NCBI GenBank assembly: GCA_963760615.1
Contig: CAVXDX010000003.1
Span: 109,915 to 173,914 of the forward strand
Direction: 5' to 3'
From: an uncultured Candidatus Micrarchaeota archaeon
GTDB lineage: Archaea; Micrarchaeota; Micrarchaeia; Burarchaeales; Fermentimicrarchaeaceae
Length of the DNA: 64,000 nt
Part shown: piece after piece, positions 37,786-46,500 of the stretch
How positions within the stretch are numbered: position 1 is the first letter of the stretch
Layout of the letters: each line of letters begins with the position of its first letter
The notes under the pieces: model-generated
What the model was told of the DNA's origin: nothing
What the model saw: only the letters and a program-made list of their open reading frames with translations
The model's database searches: none
Made by a program: the position numbers and the translations under genes

Positions 37786-38607
37786 TTATAAATGTTTATG
37801 CTTCTTCCTGTACTCCTCTATCATTCCCTCCAGATCCACCCCTGATTCTTTTGTAGCCGGTTCTTTTAAATCTACCCTGCCTTTTGCATTATGCGCTGCT
37901 TGCCTCAACCTCATTATCTCTATATCCTTTCTCCTCATCTCCCTGTCACCTGCAAGCCTTTCAAAAACTCCCTTTTCCATAAACCTAATTTTTGCCTTCA
38001 GTGCGGCATTCTCATTCTCCAGTCTCTCCACAGCTTTCTTAAGCTCAATGCTGGAATCAAGTAGCTCCTTTATCTGCCTGTTCTTGCTTTCCAAATCAAT
38101 CCTTGTCTCCTCCCTGCTCCTCACCTTGGGCATCTCAATCTCCCTCTCCACATCCACCATGAGCAGGGCGTTGCTCAGAGAGGTGTTGTTCAGCACAAGG
38201 TGCTTTATCTCTCCTGCCTTCCCAGAAAGCCCCTTTTCCTTGAGAATCCTGTCTATCTGTCTGAGCTTGTTCTCGTAGAACCTGAAAGCCTTCATTGCAG
38301 AAGCTGCAGCATCCATCTCATGCTCATTGGAGAACTCCATGCCTTTCACAAGCTCGCTCTTCTCCCTGTCGCCCATATCCTTCTCGGGAATGAAAATCCT
38401 TGTGTTGAAGTATGAAGCCAGCTTGAGAAGCAGGTCAGGTGCTGGGTTGACATCGCATGCGAGAAGGGAGGGCTTACCTTTCTTCCTTATTATACCCGCC
38501 AGCTCCTCCTTGCTCATCTCTCTCTTGCTTCCTATCAATACGGGATTCATCTCCAAATCGAATATTGCATACCCTATGGTGGTGCCCGGGTCAATGCCGA
38601 CTATCAA
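37786..38607 (-). CDS. DUF460-family protein (RNase H-like fold + coiled coil)
   Basis: IVGIDPGTT, ACDVNPAP, NEHEMDAAASA, coiled coil. Confidence 0.8.
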   Translation of the reverse strand: MIVGIDPGTTIGYAIFDLEMNPVLIGSKREMSKEELAGIIRKKGKPSLLACDVNPAPDLLLKLASYFNTRIFIPEKDMGDREKSELVKGMEFSNEHEMDAAASAMKAFRFYENKLRQIDRILKEKGLSGKAGEIKHLVLNNTSLSNALLMVDVEREIEMPKVRSREETRIDLESKNRQIKELLDSSIELKKAVERLENENAALKAKIRFMEKGVFERLAGDREMRRKDIEIMRLRQAAHNAKGRVDLKEPATKESGVDLEGMIEEYRKKHKHL

Positions 38608-38627
38608 CCAGTTCAGCTCATCACCGT

Positions 38628-39872
38628 CTATCTGCCCTCTATGACAAGCTGCTGCTTCAGGAAGACCCTAGTTGCACGCGGTATGTTCCTGTCCACCTGC
38701 ACATTGGCGCCAATCCAGCAGCCGTCACCTATAGTCCTGCCAGGCATAACCGAGGCGAGCACCCCCGTCTTCGTATTGTCCCCTATGATAACACCGAGCT
38801 TGCTTCTTTTTGTGTCTATCTTCTTTTCCATAATCTCCATTTTTATGGTTCCTGCGTCAAACCTCCAGTTCGCTATCTGAGTGCCAGCCCCGAAATTGCA
38901 GTTCTCGCCAACAATGCTGTCCCCTATGTAGCTGAGGTGCTTTGCATTCACTCCGTTCATTATTATGCTGTTCTTTACAGTGGTGGAATCTCCTATTCCG
39001 CAATTCTCCCCTATACTGCTGTTGCTCCTTATGAAGGAATAGGGACCAACCTCGCTGTTTCTGCCTATGAACACAGGCCCCTCAAGAAAACTGTTGAAAA
39101 CATGAGCTCCTTTCTCTATGATGACCTTCCCCCTCACCTTGCAGTCCTCCAGCTCGCCTTCCTTCTTTTCAGGCATTCTGTTGAGCAGGAACTCATTTGC
39201 GTCGAAGAGCTGCCAGGGCACCCCCAAATCCTGCCAGAATTCCTTGAGCTCAATCCCTCCAACCTCGCCTTTCTTGGCGAGCGTTCTTATCAGGTCCGTC
39301 ACCTCATACTCACCTCTTTTTGACATCTCAAGAGACTTGAGCTTCGGGAACACGCTGCTCTCCATCACATACATGCTGCAGTTCGCAAGGCCGCTCCTGT
39401 GGTTTTTCGGCTTCTCCTCAAATTTTTTAATCCTGCCCCTCGCAATCTCCGCAACACCATAGTTGCTCACATCCTCCACCCTTTTCAGACCGACTGTCAT
39501 CTCAGACTCATGGGACGATATAAGCTTCTTTATGGCGCTGCTTTCAGTAATCACATCACCCGCAATTCCAACAAATGTATCGTCAACAATGCCTTCTGCA
39601 GCCAGAAATGCATCCGCGGTACCCCTCATCTCCTTCTGCACCGCATACCTGATTTTCATTCCCACCTTTTTTCCATCGCCAAACTCATCAATTATCCTAT
39701 CCTTTAGGTAGTTCACAACAATCACAACTTCCCTTATCCCGGCCCCTCTCAAACCTTCCAGCACATGGCTCAGGATGGGTCTGCCGGCAACCGGTATCAT
39801 GCACTTCGGCCTTGTGTGCGTCAGAGGCTTCAGCCTCTTGCCCTCGCCAGCGGCTATGACAACTCCCTTCAT
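38628..39872 (-). CDS. glmU: Bifunctional sugar-1-P nucleotidyltransferase/acetyltransferase (GlmU-like)
   Basis: IAAGEGKRLKPLT, hexapeptide repeats, HLSYIGDS, NFGAGT. Confidence 0.9.
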   Translation of the reverse strand: MKGVVIAAGEGKRLKPLTHTRPKCMIPVAGRPILSHVLEGLRGAGIREVVIVVNYLKDRIIDEFGDGKKVGMKIRYAVQKEMRGTADAFLAAEGIVDDTFVGIAGDVITESSAIKKLISSHESEMTVGLKRVEDVSNYGVAEIARGRIKKFEEKPKNHRSGLANCSMYVMESSVFPKLKSLEMSKRGEYEVTDLIRTLAKKGEVGGIELKEFWQDLGVPWQLFDANEFLLNRMPEKKEGELEDCKVRGKVIIEKGAHVFNSFLEGPVFIGRNSEVGPYSFIRSNSSIGENCGIGDSTTVKNSIIMNGVNAKHLSYIGDSIVGENCNFGAGTQIANWRFDAGTIKMEIMEKKIDTKRSKLGVIIGDNTKTGVLASVMPGRTIGDGCWIGANVQVDRNIPRATRVFLKQQLVIEGR

Positions 39873-41206
39873 TGCAACCCCTCCTTCACAATTCTCTCAG
39901 CTTTGCCGAAAACCTTTTCAAGCTCGTTCCTGTTTCTGTGCTCGCAGGTAATCCTTACTATCGGCTCTGTGCCGGATGCCCTGACAAGCAGCCATCCTCC
40001 GCTGAAATCCACTCTCACCCCGTCTCCTTCTTTCACCTCCCCCCTGAATTCTCTTGCGACCATCCCCTTTATCCTCTCCATGGCCGCCCTCTTGTCAGCG
40101 CAGCTGAACTTCGCCCTCCTCATGGGATACTTTTTCACTCCCTTTCTGAGCTTTCCAAGCTTTCCCTCCCTGCATACCAACTCAACAAATTTCAGCGTGG
40201 TCAGCATTCCATCAGGCGACATCACCTCCTCGGGGAATATATACTCCCCGCAAGGCTCGCCGCCAAAAACAGCTCCATTCGCCCTTATTGCCTCAGCCAC
40301 ATTCCTGCTTCCCACATCAGTGATTACCAGTTTCCCGCCCTCTCTCTCAACCGCTTCTCTCAGAGCAAGCGAAGCCTCAACAGTTGATACAACGGTGCAG
40401 CTGCCTTTCACAATATGGCTTGATATAAGGGAGAGCTGCTCATCGAGTCCCAGCACCTCTCCGTTCTCGTCTATTATAACTGCCCTATCGCCATCCCCGT
40501 CATAACCCACCCCCATGTCCGCCCCGCTGCTCCTCACAATAGAGCATGCATCCTCTAGGCTCTCGCTGTTCGGCTCAAGGCTTCTTGAAAAAATCCCGCT
40601 CGGTTCTGCATTCACTGAGATGACTCTGCATCCGGCCTCTTTCAGCAGGAAAGGTGCTATGGAGCATGCCGCCCCGTTCCCGCAGTCGACGACAACCTTT
40701 GGCTTTTTCTTTTCAATAGCCTTTACGTCACTGAGCCCCAGTGCAATTTCAATGTGCCTCTCCGTTGCATCCTTCACCTCATATGACTCGCACGTCCCGT
40801 CGGGTTCAGGTGGGTTGAACTTATTCATTGCCAGGGCATTCTCTATGACCTTCTCCTCCTCCCTGCTTATCTCCTCACCAAATCTGTTGTAAAGCTTGAA
40901 GCCGTTGTACTGAGGCGGGTTGTGTGATGCAGTTATCATAACCCCTCTCTCCGCCCTCTCTCTAGTTGCTATTGCGAGGGTTGGTGTTGAAACAACCCCC
41001 AGCTTGAGAGTGCATCCTCCCAGGGAGTTGATTCCTGCAGCGAGGGCTTCCTCAAGAAACGCTCCAGATGTTCTTGTGTCCATCCCAACAGCTATTCTTG
41101 TCCCTCTCCTTTTCACAATAACCCTTCCCAGAATGAGCCCTAGCTCTGGGGTGATGTCCTCGTTTACAACCCCCCTTATCCCCGAGGTGCCAAAAGAAAC
41201 GTTCAT
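39869..41206 (-). CDS. glmM: Phosphoglucosamine/phosphohexomutase
   Basis: FGTSGIRG, ITASHNP, YDGDGDR, GGEPCGE, RASGTEP. Confidence 0.9.
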   Translation of the reverse strand: MNVSFGTSGIRGVVNEDITPELGLILGRVIVKRRGTRIAVGMDTRTSGAFLEEALAAGINSLGGCTLKLGVVSTPTLAIATRERAERGVMITASHNPPQYNGFKLYNRFGEEISREEEKVIENALAMNKFNPPEPDGTCESYEVKDATERHIEIALGLSDVKAIEKKKPKVVVDCGNGAACSIAPFLLKEAGCRVISVNAEPSGIFSRSLEPNSESLEDACSIVRSSGADMGVGYDGDGDRAVIIDENGEVLGLDEQLSLISSHIVKGSCTVVSTVEASLALREAVEREGGKLVITDVGSRNVAEAIRANGAVFGGEPCGEYIFPEEVMSPDGMLTTLKFVELVCREGKLGKLRKGVKKYPMRRAKFSCADKRAAMERIKGMVAREFRGEVKEGDGVRVDFSGGWLLVRASGTEPIVRITCEHRNRNELEKVFGKAERIVKEGLQ

Positions 41207-41249
41207 TATACCACAAATATTAAAAATCGCGAAGGTTAAATACATTACC

Positions 41250-41402
41250 ATGGCAGATAGAGTGAGCGCGCCGCAGAGCTCAACTGGTTTGCTGCGGTTC
41301 TACGATGTAAATGCAGGTGGTCCTCAGCTTGACCCGCGGGCAGTGATCATCTTCACAGTCGTGTTCATACTCGTTATAAAGCTGCTGGGCTACTTCCTGT
41401 GA
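41250..41402 (+). CDS. secG: Protein translocase subunit Sec61beta (archaeal SecG)
   Basis: MADRVSAPQSSTGLLRFYD...QLDPRAVIIFTVVFILVIKLL; only the tail of track ORF 40920-41402. Confidence 0.88.
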   Translation: MADRVSAPQSSTGLLRFYDVNAGGPQLDPRAVIIFTVVFILVIKLLGYFL

Positions 41403-42578
41403 TTACTTCTTGATGAACTTCTTGAAGAAACTCTCACAGGCTGAGGCGACCCTCTTCCTATACTCTCTGGGGCAAGCAACTATGGCTTTTCTCCTCATCT
41501 CCTCAGTCCTCTTTATAGCCCCTACGATGTCGGAAAGGCTCTCGAGCGGGCGCTCGACCGAATCCTTCACTATGGTGACGCGGCTCTCGCCGAATCTCTC
41601 GTCATATGCTTGCCTGCACTCCAGAATAACATCCTCCACCCCGCTCTTCTTTTCGATGTCTTCCTCAGCCTCCCTCACTTCCCGGTAGTTCTTAAAGAGC
41701 TCTTTCCCCCTCTCATTAAGCCTATAAAACTCAAGCTCGTATGCCCTCTTGTAAAGCTCCCTATTCCTAATCCTCCTCATAAGCTCCCCGCTTCTCTCAC
41801 CTCTCTCAAGGGCAGCCCCTAGCTCAGCATCATTGCAGCTGAGCAGCTCACTCATGGAAATTGTTTCATCCTCAAGAGCAGACTCAACAGCCCTGCATAG
41901 CATTGCGCTGGCAATTCTGACTGCATGATGGTAGTAGACTGATGAGAACATGAGAAACCTAGCTATAAGGAGCGATTCCGCAGCCTCAATCCCGCCCCAC
42001 TCTACGACCGCCCTTCCCCCCTTAAGCCTTATGGTGTGAGCCAATCTTCCGCAGTCTATCACTCCGTATGCAACACCGGTGTAGTGTGAATCCCTCAACA
42101 GGTAATCCATCCTGTCAGAGCCAAGTGCGAAATTTATTATTCCGCCGCTTCCCTTCCCAGCCATAATCGAGCAGATCTCTTTCACATCATAACCATTCTC
42201 CTCAAGCACCTCACCGCTCCTCCCGTGCATGACTCTCTCAACTCCTCTCTTTTCATGGCCGCCCTTCTTTTTCCTTATTAAAATTTCCTCGCTGTCATGG
42301 GAGAAGGCAGTATGCCCCACGTCATGAAGCAGCGCAGCTGCCCTCATTGCTCCCTTCTCCTCTTCCGGGAGTGAGAGGTTCTCGCATATCTGCCCGGTTA
42401 TATGCATCGTGCCAAGGGAGTGCTCAAACCTTGTGTGGTTCGCACCTGGATAAACAAGATAGGCAACCGCCATCTGCCTTATCTCCCTCAGCTTCTGCAT
42501 CTCGGGAGTGTCAATGAGCTTCAGCTCAGCATCGCTGACCGATACATCTCCGTGAACGGCATCCTTTATCACGTGCAT
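41403..42578 (-). CDS. HD-domain phosphohydrolase (dNTPase/SAMHD1-like)
   Basis: IKDAVHG, YPGANHTRFEHSLG, ALLHDVGH, GSDRMDYLLRD. Confidence 0.9.
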   Translation of the reverse strand: MHVIKDAVHGDVSVSDAELKLIDTPEMQKLREIRQMAVAYLVYPGANHTRFEHSLGTMHITGQICENLSLPEEEKGAMRAAALLHDVGHTAFSHDSEEILIRKKKGGHEKRGVERVMHGRSGEVLEENGYDVKEICSIMAGKGSGGIINFALGSDRMDYLLRDSHYTGVAYGVIDCGRLAHTIRLKGGRAVVEWGGIEAAESLLIARFLMFSSVYYHHAVRIASAMLCRAVESALEDETISMSELLSCNDAELGAALERGERSGELMRRIRNRELYKRAYELEFYRLNERGKELFKNYREVREAEEDIEKKSGVEDVILECRQAYDERFGESRVTIVKDSVERPLESLSDIVGAIKRTEEMRRKAIVACPREYRKRVASACESFFKKFIKK

Positions 42579-43366
42579 TATACCAACCCGTAGCAGCCTC
42601 TCCTCTTCTCTATGGCATCTCCCCGGTCCTTCATTATCTCAAGAACAACTGCGCAGGCTGGCTCGCCTGTCTTCAGCTCCCTGCTTATGTCGGCAAGGTT
42701 GTTTGCGCCCTTCTTCATACTCTGCCTGACCTTCTCAATCATGCCGGAAAACCAGCTCCTCTTCGCGACATAGAACCTCTTGTCAAAACCCCTCGTGCCT
42801 ATTATATTTCCGCTCCTTATCTCCTTCTCAAACTTATTGCAAAGCGCCTCTGCATCCCTTGCATCCTCTACAATCGCATAGCCGTTCTTCTCAAGCTGCT
42901 CCTCGGGAGTGCCTTCACCTGCTTCTGACTTTTGGCTCTTGAGGAGAGCATAAACATTATTTGAGATTTCGTATACCCCAGTCTTTGAGTACTTGCCTCC
43001 CTTGTAGAGCATCACGGCACCTTTGCCAATGAGCTTTGAAAGAACCTCCTTCTCCCTCTCACTGAGCTTCTTGTTGACATTGTAGGGTATCCTCTCTGAG
43101 AATTTTATGCCGTTGAGCTTCCTGAGCAGCTCCATCTCCTCCATTCCCAGCCCTTTCTGCTCATAGGGGAGTGCGACCTCACCAATTTCATCCTTCAGCA
43201 TTCTCTCCACTGTCTCCTTTTTCACAAGCGTGAACACACCTGGCTTTATCTCGTAGAAATCGACTTCCTCCCCTCCCTGGAGCTTAAGCTTCTCAACCAT
43301 TCCCTTTGGGAGTATGCACGCCAGGTTATCCGCAACTCTATAAACTCGAACTATTAAATCACCCAT
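42578..43366 (-). CDS. Conserved protein with N-terminal AbrB/SpoVT-like hairpin and probable wHTH domains
   Basis: VRVYRVADNLACILPKGMVEKLKLQGGEEV; ATG 43366 preferred. Confidence 0.6.
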   Translation of the reverse strand: MGDLIVRVYRVADNLACILPKGMVEKLKLQGGEEVDFYEIKPGVFTLVKKETVERMLKDEIGEVALPYEQKGLGMEEMELLRKLNGIKFSERIPYNVNKKLSEREKEVLSKLIGKGAVMLYKGGKYSKTGVYEISNNVYALLKSQKSEAGEGTPEEQLEKNGYAIVEDARDAEALCNKFEKEIRSGNIIGTRGFDKRFYVAKRSWFSGMIEKVRQSMKKGANNLADISRELKTGEPACAVVLEIMKDRGDAIEKRRGCYGLV

Positions 43367-43550
43367 TATAATAGCTTCCACACATAATTTAAAGTTTATC
43401 ACACTTTGTGAACCGACCATTTCTCTGAAAGCAGTAAAATGCAGCTCATTCTAATATCACTGGCGGCAAACCCTGCTTTTCACCAGAAAGCTCCACCAAA
43501 AGATAGATATATATCCAAAGGCAGCTATAAACAACTCAACCCAGGGTGGT

Positions 43551-46500
43551 ATGATGAAAAAATTGGTTTTTTTAACGGTCTTCCTACTTCTCATGACTCC
43601 TTCATCTTATGCTTCTTTAACCTACCCAACCTCACCAAAAGGCACACCAAGAATTTCAAAGCAGTATATGATGCCTGCCCCAACAATCTACACGGTAAAT
43701 GGCCTTTACCAAATAAACATGACAGGCCTGAGCGACTTTGACCGTCCCGGTAAACCCATTCTTCCTTTTAAGACCGTCAGCCTGCTTCTGCCTCTTGACC
43801 AATCATTTAACAGCGTCGAGGTGATTCCTAGCCAAAGAACAGAGATAGGAAACTATAAAATCAACTATGGCAGAGTAGAACTGCCTTTGAACTGGGGTTC
43901 CGATGCTTATGTAACGAAAAAATTCTCGAATGTAACAACAGTAATAAATCAAACTGTCTATTCTCAAAACAGTGAGTATCCCGGAGTGCTTTACTCTGTA
44001 GGATCAATCTCAATCTTCAGAGGCTATAAGATAATTATTGTAAATCTTTATCCTGTTCAGTATATACCCAGCACAGGAGAAGTCTACTATTTCAAATCAA
44101 TTACTGTCAATGTTTATACAGATAATGTTACGTCAATCCCATCTACCTTCAGAGGCCTTGACACAGACAAGGCAGATGTTTCATCTATGGTAAGTAATCC
44201 TGAGGATATTGTTACATACAATTCTTCATATAAGTATGTTCCATCTAAAAACGAGTTTGGAACCGCCTCTCTAACTCCGGCCCAATGGGACTACGTTATC
44301 ATAACCTCAAGCAGTCTTGCAAGTGCTTTCCAACCACTACTTGATTACAAGAACTCTCAGGGTATCAAGACAACCATAGAGACTGTTGAAAACATTTACT
44401 CCAAATATTCTGGCAAGGATCAGCAAGAGCAGATTAGGAATTTCATCAAGGATGCTTACACAAACTGGGGCATCAAGTATGTTCTTTTAGGCGGTGACGG
44501 TTCTGGAGTAAATGTCGGAGGAGAGAGCGGGGTCAACATAATTCCAACAAGATATTTGTATCCTAGATTTAGTCAGGCAGACGATGCAATCCCATCTGAC
44601 ATTTACTATAGCGATCTAGAAGGCTCATTCGATAGCAATGGCAACGGCTATTACGGCGAGCCAGGAGATGGATGCGATATCAATCCATCCACTTGCGAGG
44701 TTGATTTGTATGCTGACGTCTATGTCGGCAGAGCAACAGTTGCTAATGTTCAGGATGTTAATAATTTTGTTTCAAAGACTATTGCTTATGATTCTGAAAG
44801 CATAAGCGACCCTCACAAGGGCGAGGCATTGATGGTTGGTGAGTATCTTGGCTTTGGAGGCGTTGCAAACTATGCAACTAATAGCAAGGAAGAGGTGAGG
44901 CTAGGCTCGAACCAGAACGGCTATACAACAGCAGGTTTCTATCCGGGCTACTCTGTAGATCTGATGTATGACTCCCCTGCTCACACCTGGTCAAAGGATG
45001 ACTTGATTTCAAAGATCAATAACAATTCCGCCAACATCATCAATCATCTCGGTCATGGCAGCACTTTATGGGTTATGAAGCTCTGCAACGCTCCTTACTC
45101 ACAATCAGGTCCTTACTGCGGAGACAGCGGTGTCACGGATCTCAGCAGTCTTAGCAACACGAAATATTTCTTTGCCTACAGCCAAGCATGCTATTCAGGA
45201 GCATTTGACAACTGGAATTATCAAGGTATGTACACAATGTCCGATTCAATAGCAGAGCATCTTGTCAAGGATGCTCACGGCGCTTTCGCTGTGGTAATGA
45301 ATAGCAGATATGGGTGGGGTCAATTATTTTCTACTGACGGTGCGTCAGAGAGATATGACAGGCAGTTCTTCGATGCAATCTTTGGGCAGAACATCACAGA
45401 GTTGGGTAAGGCAAATACATACTCGAAGGAAAAGAACATCGGCTATCTATCTTCATCCGATCCAGCTGAAGCAGGCGTGATGAGATACGTCTACTACGAG
45501 ACAAACCTTTTAGGAGATCCGACTACCCAGCTGCAGACAGACTATACAAAGCCTCAAGCTCTTATCACATCTCCGCAAATGGATGACATTTCTTACGGCT
45601 CAATAAATGTCAGTGGGTATGCAAAAGCGGGTAAAGCAGCAGGTTCGACATTTAGGAACTATAAAATCTTTTACGGCACTGGAATGTTTCCTACTGTTTG
45701 GAATTCTACTGGCGTGACTTTGGTTAACTATGGGTTGAGACCTGTGGACAATAATAGTCTGGGAACGATTGATACAACTCTTTTTTATGATGCGGACACT
45801 GATTTTACAGGATGGGATTATTACGCCTATTATTGGGGAAGTGGTGCCGGTGCTTATTCAATCAAGCTGGTAGTTTACGATAACCTCGGAGCATCAACTG
45901 AAAGTATAACTCGTGGTGTTGGAGTTCATAATATAGTGCTGAACCAGCCAATGCCAAGAGATGTCTTAGGACCGATAACTGAAATAAAAGGGACTGTTTC
46001 AAGCGGGTATGCCAATCCTCTTACATCTTATAGTATTGTATATCAGCCACAAAATACTACGGGATGGTCTGCGAGTGGAATAACACTAACTAACAGTGGA
46101 ACACAGCCTGTTTATAACGGTGTCTTGGGAGTTTTGAACGCCGGTGGATTAAATACTGGATGGTATACCTTTAGATTAATAGCTGTTTATACGTATAATA
46201 CTAAAATGCAGACCATAGAAAATGTTTATATTGATACAACCTTAAGACCTGGTTGGCCGCAAAGAGTTTATTTTCAAGGTATAGATAATCCTTACTTTTG
46301 GACTTCCCATATTGTTTCAAGTGGAATTAATATCAGCAATCTTAAAAACTTGAGTATTAATTTAAGCTCATATGGTAAAATTGCCCCAGGAGGTAATATA
46401 GTAAGTAGTGTAAATTACCCTCTTTATAATATATCTAGTTTATCATCTGGATTTGTCAGTCCTTATCAGCCAGGAAACTTTGAGCCAGTTGTTAGCGATA

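Noticed and set aside
39765-40505. Long antisense ORFs in the track (e.g. 39765-40505, 38457-39323, 60121-60996, 31061-31789, 16552-17337)
   Set aside because: Shadows of well-supported genes on the opposite strand; Ser/Phe/Leu-rich, no motifs
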